Shown here piece by piece: positions 47,270 through 56,980 of a stretch of 64,000 nt of DNA. Below the pieces are notes generated by a model. It was not told where the DNA came from. It ran no database searches and was given only the letters and a program-made list of their open reading frames with translations. The position numbers and the translations under genes are program-made. Source of the stretch: Prevotella sp. (GTDB lineage: Bacteria > Bacillota_I > Bacilli_A > ML615J-28 > CAG-313); NCBI GenBank assembly GCA_023665755.1, contig JAMPDF010000002.1, forward strand, positions 136,953 through 200,952, given 5' to 3'. Within the stretch, counting starts at the first letter, position 1. Each line of letters begins with the position of its first letter.

Positions 47270-48049
47270 ATGGACGAAAAACAAAAAAAGATAACATTAA
47301 AAAGAGGTAGTTCTAAGGAAACCACATTATTACATCGATATAAAAGTAATCCACTTTTTCCAGGACCAAATGGTGAAGATGGTTTGGATGAGGAAAAGGT
47401 ATACACATTTGTAGATAAAAATATGATTTCTGAAATTGTTGAAGAGCCTGTAGTAGAAATGCCTCAACCTAATATAGAAGCAGCACTCCAAAAAGAGCAA
47501 GAAGAAAAAGAACGTCTTGAAAGAGAAGTAGCACTTCAAAAAGAACAAGAAGAAAAAGAACGTCTTGAAAAAGAAGCAGCACTTCAAAAAGAACAAGAAG
47601 AAAAAGAACGTCTTGAAAAAGAAGCAGCACTCCAAAAAGAACAAGAGGAAAAAGAACGTCGTTTGGCAGAAGAAAGACAAAAAATGGAAGAGTTGCAACG
47701 TGTTCAAGTCAGTGTTGCTGAAGCAAAAGAAATGGTTTCTGATGAGACTGCAGAAACGTTGATTGAAACAGAAGAGGAAACAGAAAAGATTTTTGGTAGT
47801 AAGAAAGACATTATTAATTTAGACGTTATTTCTAAAAATTTTGAAGCAGGTGAAGAAGTAACAGTCAATACTTTGAAAGAAAAGCATCTTATTGATAAAA
47901 ATGTATGTTTTGTAAAAGTACTTGCTCGTGGTATACTTGATAAACCTTTAGTAGTAAAAGCACAAGATTTCTCTTTGGATGCCGCAAAAATGATTCAACT
48001 TACAGGTGGTAAAGTAGTTATTCTAACTAAAAAGAAATATTTTGATTAA
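47270..48049 (+). CDS. Charged tandem-repeat protein with a C-terminal uL15 (Ribosomal_L27A-type) domain; not the canonical rplO
   Basis: The C-terminal ~80 aa (DIINLDVISKNFEAGEEVTVNTLKEKHLIDKNVCFVKVLARGILDKPLVVKAQDFSLDAAKMIQLTGGKVVIL) align by eye with the B. subtilis L15 C-terminus (AVVNLDKLNGFAEGTEVT...[33 protein letters not shown]). The Gly/Arg-rich L15 N-terminus is absent. RBS GGAGG. Confidence 0.6.
   Translation: MDEKQKKITLKRGSSKETTLLHRYKSNPLFPGPNGEDGLDEEKVYTFVDKNMISEIVEEPVVEMPQPNIEAALQKEQEEKERLEREVALQKEQEEKERLEKEAALQKEQEEKERLEKEAALQKEQEEKERRLAEERQKMEELQRVQVSVAEAKEMVSDETAETLIETEEETEKIFGSKKDIINLDVISKNFEAGEEVTVNTLKEKHLIDKNVCFVKVLARGILDKPLVVKAQDFSLDAAKMIQLTGGKVVILTKKKYFD
47477..47668 (+). 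repeat. Four tandem 48-nt (16-aa) coding repeats, EAALQKEQEEKERLEK
   Basis: Units at 47477, 47525, 47573 and 47621 are near-identical at the DNA level. The last unit diverges at its 3' end. Confidence 0.9.
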
Positions 48050-48053
48050 AGTG

Positions 48054-48088
48054 AAGACGCTATTTCTAACAAATAGCGTTTTTTCTTT
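48054..48088 (+). terminator. Rho-independent terminator upstream of the str operon
   Basis: Stem ACGCTATTT / AAATAGCGT with a 5-nt loop, then TTTTTT. Confidence 0.8.
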
Positions 48089-48263
48089 GCATTCTATTTT
48101 GATTATAAAAAGAGTTTATATATAATGAATAATTTAATGAAAAATACTATACATATAAGATAATGATTTATTACATTGTGATAGCGAATTTTTCTTATAA
48201 TGCTGGATTAGAAAAAATTAATAAAAGGAACAAGATATTTTTAAAAATTATAATGTATATTTT

Positions 48264-48292
48264 TTGACTTTTCTGACAAAAATAAGTATAAT
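48264..48292 (+). promoter_or_regulatory. Strong sigma-A promoter of the str operon
   Basis: TTGACT (48264-48269), exactly 17 nt, TATAAT (48287-48292), with a very AT-rich UP-like region upstream. Confidence 0.7.
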
Positions 48293-48399
48293 AATAGAGG
48301 TTAAATTTTGGCCTTTTAAAAGGCTATATTTTTTGAGATATTGAAACACGTGGAAATGTGGAATCTCAGAATAACTAATCTATTGAAAGGAGAAGGAAG

Positions 48400-48828
48400 A
48401 TGCCTACAATAAATCAATTAGTACGTAACTCACGTGAAGACAAAGTTAGAAAGTCAAAATCACCTCATTTAGGAATTGGCTATAACTCTTTAAAGAAGGT
48501 AGCAACAAGCATTAACTGCCCTCAAAAGAAAGGTGTTTGTACTCGTGTTACAACTATGACACCTAAGAAACCTAACTCAGCTATTCGTAAGATGGCCCGT
48601 GTTCGTTTAAGTAATGGTATTGAAGTAACTGCTTATATTCCAGGTATTGGTCATAAGTTACAAGAACATAATACTGTATTGATTCGTGGCGGACGTGTAA
48701 AGGACTTACCAGGGGTACGTTATCATATCATTCGTGGTACACTAGATACAACTGGTGTTGAAAGTCGTAAACAAGCACGTTCAAAATATGGTGCTAAACG
48801 CCCTAAAGCTGGAAAAGCAAAAAAGTAA
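48400..48828 (+). CDS. rpsL: 30S ribosomal protein S12
   Basis: MPTINQLVR...[19 protein letters not shown]...[18 protein letters not shown]. Confidence 0.98.
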   Translation: MPTINQLVRNSREDKVRKSKSPHLGIGYNSLKKVATSINCPQKKGVCTRVTTMTPKKPNSAIRKMARVRLSNGIEVTAYIPGIGHKLQEHNTVLIRGGRVKDLPGVRYHIIRGTLDTTGVESRKQARSKYGAKRPKAGKAKK

Positions 48829-48879
48829 TTTAAATTTAAAATCAAAAATAACTCACAATTGTAGAAAGGAGGAGTCTAC

Positions 48880-49350
48880 ATGCCTCGTAAAGGACATGTC
48901 GCTAAAAGAAACGTATTACCAGATCCAATCTATAATTCAGTATTGGTTACTCGCTTAATCAATAGTGTAATGTTGGATGGTAAAAAAGGTGTGGCACAAC
49001 AAATCATATATGGTGCATTTGACAGAGTATCAAAAGTAACTGGTCGTGATCCACTTGAAGTATACAAACAAGCATTAGAAAATATAATGCCACAATTAGA
49101 AGTTAGATCACGTCGTGTGGGTGGTGCTAACTATCAAGTTCCAGTTGAAGTTAGAGAAGCAAGACGCTATACTCTAGGTTTAAGATGGTTAACTAATTAT
49201 GCTCGTCTTCGTAATGAAAAAACAATGGAAGAAAGACTAGCAAAAGAAATCATGGATGCTGCCAATGGTGTTGGTGGTGCTGTTAAAAAACGCGAAGATA
49301 CGCATCGTATGGCAGAAGCAAATAAAGCATTTGCTCATTATCAATGGTAA
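48880..49350 (+). CDS. rpsG: 30S ribosomal protein S7
   Basis: [20 protein letters not shown]...MLDGKKG...[10 protein letters not shown]. Confidence 0.98.
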   Translation: MPRKGHVAKRNVLPDPIYNSVLVTRLINSVMLDGKKGVAQQIIYGAFDRVSKVTGRDPLEVYKQALENIMPQLEVRSRRVGGANYQVPVEVREARRYTLGLRWLTNYARLRNEKTMEERLAKEIMDAANGVGGAVKKREDTHRMAEANKAFAHYQW

Positions 49351-49367
49351 TAGGAGACTAATATACA

Positions 49368-51443
49368 ATGGCTCGTGAATATTCATTATTAAATACCCGT
49401 AATATCGGTATCATGGCTCACATTGATGCAGGTAAGACAACATTTACAGAAAGAGTTTTATACCATACAGGTAAGATTCACAAAATTGGAGAAACACATG
49501 ATGGTGCTGCTCAAATGGACTGGATGGAACAAGAACAAGAAAGAGGTATCACCATTACTTCTGCAGCAACAACTGCATTTTGGAAAGGCCATCGTGTTAA
49601 CATCATCGATACTCCAGGACACGTTGACTTCACAGTTGAAGTAAGTCGTTCTTTGAGAGTACTAGATGGTGCTGTAACTGTACTTGATGCACAAGCAGGT
49701 GTTGAACCACAAACAGAAACAGTTTGGAGACAAGCTACTGAATATCTTGTACCAAGAATTGTATTCATCAATAAGATGGACAAAACTGGTGCAGATTTCA
49801 AATATAGTTGCCAATCACTAGATCACAGACTTGGTGCAAATGCTCATGCAATTCAATATCCAATTGGTGCTGAAAATGATTTTAAAGGTATCATTGATTT
49901 AGTTGAAATGAAAGCCTTCTTATATGAAGAAGGAAGTGCAGATGAAAACGGAAAAGAAATTGAAATTCCTACAGATTTAAAAGATGAAGCTGAATACTAT
50001 CGTGATGAATTGATTAATGCTGTAGCAGAATTTGATGATGACCTGATGATGACTTACTTAGATGGTGGAGAAATCACAGTAGAAATGCTAAAAGGAGCAA
50101 TTCGTAAAGGTACTCTTTCTGTTCAATTTTTCCCTATTCTTTGTGGTACAGCTTTCAAAAACAAAGGTGTTAAGAAAGTACTTGATGCTGTAATCGATTA
50201 TCTTCCTTCACCAGAAGAAGTTGCACAAATCAAAGGTCATGATGAAGATGGAAATGAAATTGTAGTTAACTCAGATGATAACGCACCTTTCTCAGCACTA
50301 GCATTTAAGGTTATGACAGACCCATATGTTGGAAAATTGACTTTCTTTAGAGTATATTCTGGACATTTAGAATCTGGTTCATATGTACTAAATTCAACCA
50401 AAGATAAGAGAGAAAGAATTGGACGTATTCTATTGATGCATGCCAATAATCGTACAGAAATCAAAGAAGTTTTCTCAGGGGATATTGCCGCTGCAGTAGG
50501 ATTAAAGGATACGACTACAGGTGACACAATGTGTGATCCTGATCATCCAGTTATTTTAGAAAAAATGGTTTTCCCAGAACCAGTTATCTCTGTTGCAATT
50601 GAGCCTAAAACAAAAGGTGACCAAGACAAGATGTCTGTAGCCCTTTCAAAATTAGCAGAAGAAGATCCAACATTTAGAACTTATACAGATATTGAAACTG
50701 GTCAAACGATTATTTCAGGTATGGGTGAATTACACTTAGATATCATTGTTGACCGTATGAGAAGAGAATTCCATGTAGAATGTAATGTGGGACAACCTCA
50801 AGTATCTTATCGTGAAACTATCAAAAGATCTGCTGAAATTGAAGGTAAATTCGTTCGTCAATCAGGTGGTCGTGGTCAATATGGACACTGCGTAGTTGTA
50901 TTTGAACCTAACCCTGAAAAAGGATATGAATTTGTAGATGAAATCGTTGGTGGTGTTATTCCACGTGAATATATACCAGCAGTTAACAAAGGTATTGAAA
51001 ATGCTTTAGCAAATGGTAATTTAGCTGGATTCCCAACAATCGATATCAAGGCAAGACTTGTATTTGGTTCTTACCATGATGTTGACTCAAGTCAAATCGC
51101 GTTCGAAGTAGCTGGTGGTATGGCGTTTAAAGCATCCGCAGATAAGTGTCAACCTGTTCTACTAGAACCAATTGAAACAGTAGAAGTTGTTGTACCCGAT
51201 GAATATGTTGGTACAGTAATTGGTGATTTATCTACTCGTCGTGGACGTATTGATGGACAAGAAGCAAGAGGAAAAACACAATGTATCAAGGCTTATGTTC
51301 CACTTGCAGAAATGTTTGGATATGCAACTGCACTTCGTTCTAATACACAAGGACGTGGTAACTATACAATGCAATTTGATCACTATGAAGAATGTCCAAA
51401 GAATGTCGCTGAAACTGTGATCAAAAAACGTAACGCCCAATAA
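49368..51443 (+). CDS. fusA: Elongation factor G
   Basis: [31 protein letters not shown], and full-length EF-G similarity. Confidence 0.98.
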   Translation: MAREYSLLNTRNIGIMAHIDAGKTTFTERVLYHTGKIHKIGETHDGAAQMDWMEQEQERGITITSAATTAFWKGHRVNIIDTPGHVDFTVEVSRSLRVLDGAVTVLDAQAGVEPQTETVWRQATEYLVPRIVFINKMDKTGADFKYSCQSLDHRLGANAHAIQYPIGAENDFKGIIDLVEMKAFLYEEGSADENGKEIEIPTDLKDEAEYYRDELINAVAEFDDDLMMTYLDGGEITVEMLKGAIRKGTLSVQFFPILCGTAFKNKGVKKVLDAVIDYLPSPEEVAQIKGHDEDGNEIVVNSDDNAPFSALAFKVMTDPYVGKLTFFRVYSGHLESGSYVLNSTKDKRERIGRILLMHANNRTEIKEVFSGDIAAAVGLKDTTTGDTMCDPDHPVILEKMVFPEPVISVAIEPKTKGDQDKMSVALSKLAEEDPTFRTYTDIETGQTIISGMGELHLDIIVDRMRREFHVECNVGQPQVSYRETIKRSAEIEGKFVRQSGGRGQYGHCVVVFEPNPEKGYEFVDEIVGGVIPREYIPAVNKGIENALANGNLAGFPTIDIKARLVFGSYHDVDSSQIAFEVAGGMAFKASADKCQPVLLEPIETVEVVVPDEYVGTVIGDLSTRRGRIDGQEARGKTQCIKAYVPLAEMFGYATALRSNTQGRGNYTMQFDHYEECPKNVAETVIKKRNAQ

Positions 51444-51530
51444 TAAAAAACTTACGTTTTACTTGCAAAAAAAACTAATTTGTTATACAATAAAATTGTA
51501 TTTAAAAATAAATAAAAGGAGAAATTAAAA

Positions 51531-52715
51531 ATGGCAAAGGAAAAATTTGTACGTACCAAACCACATGTTAACATTGGTACAATTGGCCATGTTGACCATG
51601 GTAAAACTACTTTAACTTCAGCTATTACAAATGTATTAGCTCAACAAGGTTTAGCACAAAAGAAAGCTTACGATGAAATTGATGGTGCTCCAGAAGAAAA
51701 AGCTCGTGGTATAACTATCAATACTTGTCACGTTGAATATGAAACTGAAAAACGTCACTATGCACACGTTGACTGCCCAGGACATGCCGACTATGTTAAG
51801 AACATGATTACTGGTGCTGCCCAAATGGATGGTGCAATCTTAGTTATTGCAGCAACAGATGGACCAATGGCTCAAACTCGTGAACATATCTTATTAAGCC
51901 GTCAAGTAGGTGTTCCTAAACTAATCGTTTTCTTAAACAAATGCGATATGGTAGATGATGAAGAATTATTAGAATTAGTTGAAATGGAAGTTCGTGAATT
52001 ATTAGATGAATACGGATTCCCTGGAGACGATACTCCAATCATTCGTGGTTCTGCATTAAAAGCATTAGAAGGCGATCCAAAAGCACAAGAAGCTATTATC
52101 GAATTAATGAATGTTGTTGATGAATACATTCCTGATCCAGTTCGTGAAACTGATAAACCTTTCTTAATGCCAGTAGAAGATGTATTCTCAATCACTGGTC
52201 GTGGTACAGTTGCTACAGGACGTGTTGAACGTGGTACAGTTAAAGTTGGTGATACAATTGAAATCATCGGTATCAAAGATACTAAACCTGCAGTTATCAC
52301 TGGTGTAGAAATGTTCCGTAAATTACTTGACCAAGCTGAAGCTGGTGACAACATTGGTGTATTACTTCGTGGTATTGCACGTGAAGAAATTGTTCGTGGA
52401 CAAGTTCTTGCAAAACCAAAATCTGTTACACCTCACTCAGAATTCAAGGCTGAAGTTTACGTATTGACAAAAGAAGAAGGTGGACGTCATACAGCATTCT
52501 TCTCTAACTATCGTCCTCAATTCTATTTCCGTACTACTGACGTAACTGGTGTTATCGAATTACCAGCAGGTACTGAAATGGTTATGCCTGGTGACAATAC
52601 ACAAATGACAGTTAAACTAATTCACCCAATCGCTGTTGAAAAAGGTACTAAGTTCTCTATCCGTGAAGGTGGTAGAACAGTAGGTGCTGGTTCAGTTTCT
52701 GAATTAGACGACTAG
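51531..52715 (+). CDS. tuf: Elongation factor Tu
   Basis: [18 protein letters not shown] and NKCD motifs. Confidence 0.98.
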   Translation: MAKEKFVRTKPHVNIGTIGHVDHGKTTLTSAITNVLAQQGLAQKKAYDEIDGAPEEKARGITINTCHVEYETEKRHYAHVDCPGHADYVKNMITGAAQMDGAILVIAATDGPMAQTREHILLSRQVGVPKLIVFLNKCDMVDDEELLELVEMEVRELLDEYGFPGDDTPIIRGSALKALEGDPKAQEAIIELMNVVDEYIPDPVRETDKPFLMPVEDVFSITGRGTVATGRVERGTVKVGDTIEIIGIKDTKPAVITGVEMFRKLLDQAEAGDNIGVLLRGIAREEIVRGQVLAKPKSVTPHSEFKAEVYVLTKEEGGRHTAFFSNYRPQFYFRTTDVTGVIELPAGTEMVMPGDNTQMTVKLIHPIAVEKGTKFSIREGGRTVGAGSVSELDD

Positions 52716-52739
52716 TCAATCTAATTTTTGCATAAAAAT

Positions 52740-52775
52740 AGTCTCTACTGAGTAGTAGAGGCTTTTTTGTTTTTT
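52740..52775 (+). terminator. Rho-independent terminator of the str operon
   Basis: 10-bp stem AGTCTCTACT / AGTAGAGGCT (one G-U pair), GAGT loop, then TTTTTTGTTTTTT. Confidence 0.85.
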
Positions 52776-52788
52776 CAAAGGAGTTTTC

Positions 52789-52817
52789 TTGAAAAAAATA
52801 TGGATATGTCGTATAAT
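52789..52817 (+). promoter_or_regulatory. Candidate sigma-A promoter for the TatD-protease pair
   Basis: TTGAAA (52789-52794), 17 nt, TATAAT (52812-52817). Confidence 0.6.
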
Positions 52818-52839
52818 AGAATAAAGGTAAGGTGAAAAT

Positions 52840-53610
52840 ATGTTCATAGATACACATGTGCATTTGAATAGTAAACAGTTAGAAAGTCACTTAGAAGAGG
52901 TGATTCAAGATGCCTTTTTAGTAGGAGTAACTCAAATGATTGTTGTTGGATACGATTTAGAAACATCCAAAAAAGCGATTCAGCTTGCTCATCAATATGA
53001 TTGGTGCTATGCGGCAGTAGGCTATCATCCGACAGAAATTAAAAATTATACAGAGTACGAATATCAAGCATTAGAAGAAATGTTACAAGATGAGAAAGTT
53101 ATTGCTTTAGGTGAGATTGGTTATGACCTTCACTGGGATACGACTACGGTAGAAGAGCAAGAAATAGCATTTGTAAAACAAATTGAACTAGCTCAAAAAT
53201 ATCATTTACCTCTTATAATTCATAGTCGGGATGCCCATCAATTGACGTTTGATACTTTAAAAAAACATCATGCGGAAACCGTAGGTGGAATACTGCATTC
53301 CTATAGTGGCAGTGTAGAATTAGCAAGAGAATATGTTAAAATGAATTTTTCATTGGGGATATCTGGTCCTGTGACTTTTAAAAATGGGAAAAATATGAAA
53401 GAAGTAGTTGAACAAATCGATATTCAGTATTTGGTATCGGAAACAGATGCTCCTTATTTGACCCCACATCCGTATCGTGGCACAGAAAATGGTCCTAAGT
53501 ATATACCTTTGATTGTAGAAGAAATGGCCAAAATAAAACAAATTTCTGTGGAAGAAATGGCTCTAGCTATCAAAAATAATGTCAATCGAATTGTAGGTAA
53601 ATCATTATGA
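52840..53610 (+). CDS. TatD-family metal-dependent hydrolase/DNase
   Basis: MFIDTHVHL, EIGYDLHW, IIHSRDA and ETDAPYLTP motifs. Confidence 0.85.
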   Translation: MFIDTHVHLNSKQLESHLEEVIQDAFLVGVTQMIVVGYDLETSKKAIQLAHQYDWCYAAVGYHPTEIKNYTEYEYQALEEMLQDEKVIALGEIGYDLHWDTTTVEEQEIAFVKQIELAQKYHLPLIIHSRDAHQLTFDTLKKHHAETVGGILHSYSGSVELAREYVKMNFSLGISGPVTFKNGKNMKEVVEQIDIQYLVSETDAPYLTPHPYRGTENGPKYIPLIVEEMAKIKQISVEEMALAIKNNVNRIVGKSL

Positions 53611-54437
53611 TGAAAAAATTGAAATTACTGAGTTGCTTTGTTTTCATTATTTGCTTTCTTTTGATGCTATCTAGTTGTTCAATTCAGAAATTATTGAATA
53701 GGAAAGTGGTCAATGAAATAGAGAATAGATATATTGATTATAGCATCGATGTTACTGTGCAAGATTTAGAAGAAGCTCTCATGGTTGCCTCAGATATTGC
53801 GCAAAGTTGCAGTGTTGGTGTGAAGGTAACAAGTAGAGGATTACTCACCCAAATGGTTTCTACAGGAAGTGGTGTTATCATCAAAAGAAAGCAACTTGAG
53901 AACAAGCGCTATCAATATTATGTAGTAACCAATCGACATGTGGTAGATAAATCCGGTGTGACCAATTTAAAAATATATTTGGGTGAGGACCGAAAATATC
54001 AAGATGCGAGCATTGTTGCTTTAGATGATAAAAATGACTTGGCCCTGCTATCCTTTGATTCTCCTTTTCTTCTTGCCACAGCAGTCCTATCGACAACAAC
54101 ACCTAAAGTAGGACAATTTGCGATTGTGGTAGGGTCTCCTTATCAATTAGAAGATTATTACAATACAGTAACGTGTGGGATTATTAGTACTCCATCAAGA
54201 TATCATAAAGAAGAAGATGCAAGTGGACATCTAGTTCAAAATGAATATATTCAGCATGATGCATCAATCAATTCTGGTAATAGTGGGGGAGGTCTTTTTG
54301 ATATCCATGGAAAATTGATAGGGATTAATACATGGAAAGTAGTGGGCGATGGAAATGATAAGATAGAAGGCTTATCATTTGCCATACCAACAAAATATAT
54401 TATAGAAGTATTTCAAAGTTATTTAAATGAAGCATAA
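53607..54437 (+). CDS. Trypsin-like serine protease (S1C/HtrA-like without PDZ), lipoprotein
   Basis: Lipobox LSSC. Catalytic triad contexts TNRHVV, NDLALL and GNSGGGLF. The start overlaps the TatD stop (ATGA). Confidence 0.8.
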   Translation: MMKKLKLLSCFVFIICFLLMLSSCSIQKLLNRKVVNEIENRYIDYSIDVTVQDLEEALMVASDIAQSCSVGVKVTSRGLLTQMVSTGSGVIIKRKQLENKRYQYYVVTNRHVVDKSGVTNLKIYLGEDRKYQDASIVALDDKNDLALLSFDSPFLLATAVLSTTTPKVGQFAIVVGSPYQLEDYYNTVTCGIISTPSRYHKEEDASGHLVQNEYIQHDASINSGNSGGGLFDIHGKLIGINTWKVVGDGNDKIEGLSFAIPTKYIIEVFQSYLNEA

Positions 54438-54440
54438 ATA

Positions 54441-54479
54441 AAAGCGTTAGTAAACAATTTTAGTTTTACTAACGTTTTT
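54441..54479. terminator. Bidirectional terminator between convergent protease and PBP genes
   Basis: Stem CGTTAGTAAAC / GTTTTACTAACG (one bulge) with A-rich and T-rich flanks. Confidence 0.7.
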
Positions 54480-54498
54480 ATATATACTCACAATATCC

Positions 54499-56451
54499 CT
54501 AAAGAATAGAACCATAGAGTGATTCCACATACCAAGGTAGATTGCTTTTTTTGAAATATAACATTTTGGTGTATTCATCCATTTTTGCATAAAATCCTGT
54601 TAATGGAGAAAGCGGAATAGCGACAACATCAGAAGGTGTGGTATACCAGGTGGGGGATTGTTTTGTGACTTTATAATAAGCTTCCACACTATCTGCCCAA
54701 ATGTATTTTCCAAATTTCGTATCTTCTAGGCCTTCAACTGGCCTTGCATCATCATATCCTGTCCAAACACTTACAACAATATCAGGATTGTATCCTACCA
54801 TCCAATTATCTGTATCGGTAGAACCACTCTTTGCGCTATAAGTAGTAGAAAGTAGACTTTTGATAGAAACACCAGTAGGACGAATATTGTATGTCATTCG
54901 GTTATCAAAAATAGAAGTCATAGCCTCATTTAATAAATATACATCTGTACTTTCAGCAATTCTTTTTTGTTTCGGTTTGCTTTCATAAATAACGTGATCA
55001 TTCATATCGGTGATTTTAGTAATAATAGTAGGTGTCACGGATAATCCTAAATTAGCAAGTGTCGCATAAGCTTCAGTGAGTTCTTGAACAGAGACTTCAT
55101 GCGTGCCTAACGCAAGGGAAGGAATAGCCGGGATATCTCCAGAAAAACCGAATCGTTTAAGCGTAGAGACCATTTTATCCATGCCAAGGAAAAGATGCGT
55201 TTTCATAGCATAAATATTATCACTAGTAGCTAGTGCATAAACCATAGATATATCAAAATTAGCATAAATACTCTGGAAATTGGTTGGTGAATATGTTTCA
55301 TTACCTAGATAAAATGTCGTTGCTTCACTCATAAAAGCAGTTGAAACAGTAAATCCTTGTTCTAATGCGGTGAGGTATAAAAAAGGTTTAATCGATGAAC
55401 CTGGTTGTCTCACACAAGAAACCGCTCGGTTATAATTGCTTTTTTCATAATTTCTTCCGCCTACTACCGCAAGTACATGGCCTGTTGTAGGATCCATTGC
55501 GTAAACGGCTGTTTCAATTTCTGTTTCTGGAGCACGTTTATTAATACTATCTACAATACTTGTATATAAATCTAACTGAAGTGTAGTATGTACCTTTAAT
55601 CCTTCAAAACGATAGCCATTGATTTCTGGAATTTTTTTCAATTCATTTAAAACCAAATCTTGAAAATAGGGTGCGCTTGTATCATCATCGTTAGGATTGT
55701 TGCCAATACAAGTGATAGTTTTTGCTTTGGCTTGCAACAACGTAGACTCATCAATTTTTTGATCTTGATAAAGTTCATCTAAAATGAGATTTCTTCTTTC
55801 CTTATTTTTTTCAGGATTTCTAATTGGTGAATATAAGGTAGGCCCTTTGGGAATACTTGCTATAGCGCAAGCCTCCACTAAGGTAAGGTCCTTTGATGAC
55901 TTTCCAAAATAAAAGATACTTGCATCTTCAACCCCATAGATCCCATGGTCAAAATAAATGGAATTTAAGTATCCTTCTAGAATTTGATCTTTTTCGTATT
56001 TTTTTTCAATTTGAATTGCAATCATCATTTCATTGATTTTTCGTTTCCACGTTTTTTCATTGGTCAAATAGATATTTTTAACATATTGTTGTGTAATAGT
56101 AGATGCTCCTTCTGATATACGATTGCTTTTCAAATTTTTCAAGAGTGCACCACCAATACGGATGATATCTAGGCCTTGATGGTCATAAAAGCGTTTATCT
56201 TCAATGGAAATAAAAGCATCAATTAAATAAGGAGAAATATCTTCTAATTTGGCATAGGATTGTTTTTTTCCATTACAATAACTCAAATATTTTTTTCCTT
56301 CACTATCATATAATTCAACATTCATTACTTCTGGTAAGGTATAATCCATATTGCTCGTAATGATGCATAATGTAATCAAAATCGCTGAAAAAATAAAGAT
56401 TGAAATCACAATTAAAAATCTAAATACTTTTCTTTTTTTCTTTTTTTTCAT
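54499..56451 (-). CDS. ponA: Class A penicillin-binding protein (bifunctional glycosyltransferase/transpeptidase, PBP1A-type)
   Basis: GT51 motifs EDKRFYDHQGLD and GASTITQQ. Transpeptidase motif SSIKPF (SxxK). I prefer the ATG at 56451 (RBS AGGGTG) over the TTG at 56478. Confidence 0.9.
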   Translation of the reverse strand: MKKKKKRKVFRFLIVISIFIFSAILITLCIITSNMDYTLPEVMNVELYDSEGKKYLSYCNGKKQSYAKLEDISPYLIDAFISIEDKRFYDHQGLDIIRIGGALLKNLKSNRISEGASTITQQYVKNIYLTNEKTWKRKINEMMIAIQIEKKYEKDQILEGYLNSIYFDHGIYGVEDASIFYFGKSSKDLTLVEACAIASIPKGPTLYSPIRNPEKNKERRNLILDELYQDQKIDESTLLQAKAKTITCIGNNPNDDDTSAPYFQDLVLNELKKIPEINGYRFEGLKVHTTLQLDLYTSIVDSINKRAPETEIETAVYAMDPTTGHVLAVVGGRNYEKSNYNRAVSCVRQPGSSIKPFLYLTALEQGFTVSTAFMSEATTFYLGNETYSPTNFQSIYANFDISMVYALATSDNIYAMKTHLFLGMDKMVSTLKRFGFSGDIPAIPSLALGTHEVSVQELTEAYATLANLGLSVTPTIITKITDMNDHVIYESKPKQKRIAESTDVYLLNEAMTSIFDNRMTYNIRPTGVSIKSLLSTTYSAKSGSTDTDNWMVGYNPDIVVSVWTGYDDARPVEGLEDTKFGKYIWADSVEAYYKVTKQSPTWYTTPSDVVAIPLSPLTGFYAKMDEYTKMLYFKKSNLPWYVESLYGSIL

Positions 56452-56517
56452 GATGTTCACCCTATTTATTTTTTTCAAAAATATGATAAATCATACATCA
56501 TTTATAAAAAAAGAAGT

Positions 56518-56832
56518 TTAAAATAAAACTTCTTCATTTTGAATATCTTGAATAGTATGAATCAAATCATTTGTGTAAAACATATTAGAAATGCTAGTTT
56601 GCTTGAAAAAATTAACGATAGGTAAATGATTTTCTTTTACAAAAGGAATGGCATCATAATTACTAAAAGCGTGAATATCATCAAATAATAAATAATCAAA
56701 ACCAATAGGCTGACCGAGATATTCAATTTGATGATCATTCAAATAGGTGACTTGATTGGAAAGAATCAACATATCACAAGATGATGACATCATTGTTTTT
56801 GTTAAAAGAATAAAGGAATAAACTTTTTTCAT
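56518..56832 (-). CDS. Small protein (104 aa), possible degenerate RecU-related remnant
   Basis: Good RBS GGAGG. It occupies the position held by recU upstream of ponA in Bacillus. The segment YLNDHQIEYL...IHAF resembles RecU [10 protein letters not shown]...ISAF (from memory). It is only half the length of RecU and lacks the D-x-E-x-K catalytic residues. Confidence 0.4.
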   Translation of the reverse strand: MKKVYSFILLTKTMMSSSCDMLILSNQVTYLNDHQIEYLGQPIGFDYLLFDDIHAFSNYDAIPFVKENHLPIVNFFKQTSISNMFYTNDLIHTIQDIQNEEVLF

Positions 56833-56916
56833 AGTAAACCTCCATAGTTGTTATTATAACATAATTTGAGAAAGAATAGACAAAAAAAGCCACACTAAAA
56901 ATAAATACCATAAAAA

Positions 56917-56945
56917 TTTACAAATCTTTTACTTTGTGCTATAAT
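56917..56945 (+). promoter_or_regulatory. Candidate sigma-A promoter for the zinc-ribbon membrane protein gene
   Basis: TTTACA (56917-56922), 17 nt, TATAAT (56940-56945). Confidence 0.5.
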
Positions 56946-56980
56946 AAAAAAACAGTAGAATGAGAATAAAAGGTGATGGA

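Noticed and set aside
47477-47668. Four 48-nt direct repeats considered as a CRISPR array or non-coding VNTR
   Set aside because: The repeats are directly adjacent with no spacers, are in frame within a long ORF, and encode a regular EAALQKEQEEKERLEK unit. No cas genes are in the window.
47330-47707. 125-aa minus-strand ORF (Phe/Lys/Cys-rich) and the 65-aa plus-strand ORF at 47565-47762
   Set aside because: They are artefacts of the 48-nt purine-rich tandem repeat. The frame with an RBS and a recognisable C-terminal domain is 47270-48049.
51902-52354. 150-aa antisense ORF inside tuf (and similar ORFs at 49511-49801 and 50237-50527 inside fusA, and 51228-51440)
   Set aside because: They lie fully inside highly conserved translation-factor genes on the opposite strand, have no RBS, and have low-complexity Ser/Thr/Pro-rich translations. 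These are typical shadow ORFs of strongly codon-biased genes.
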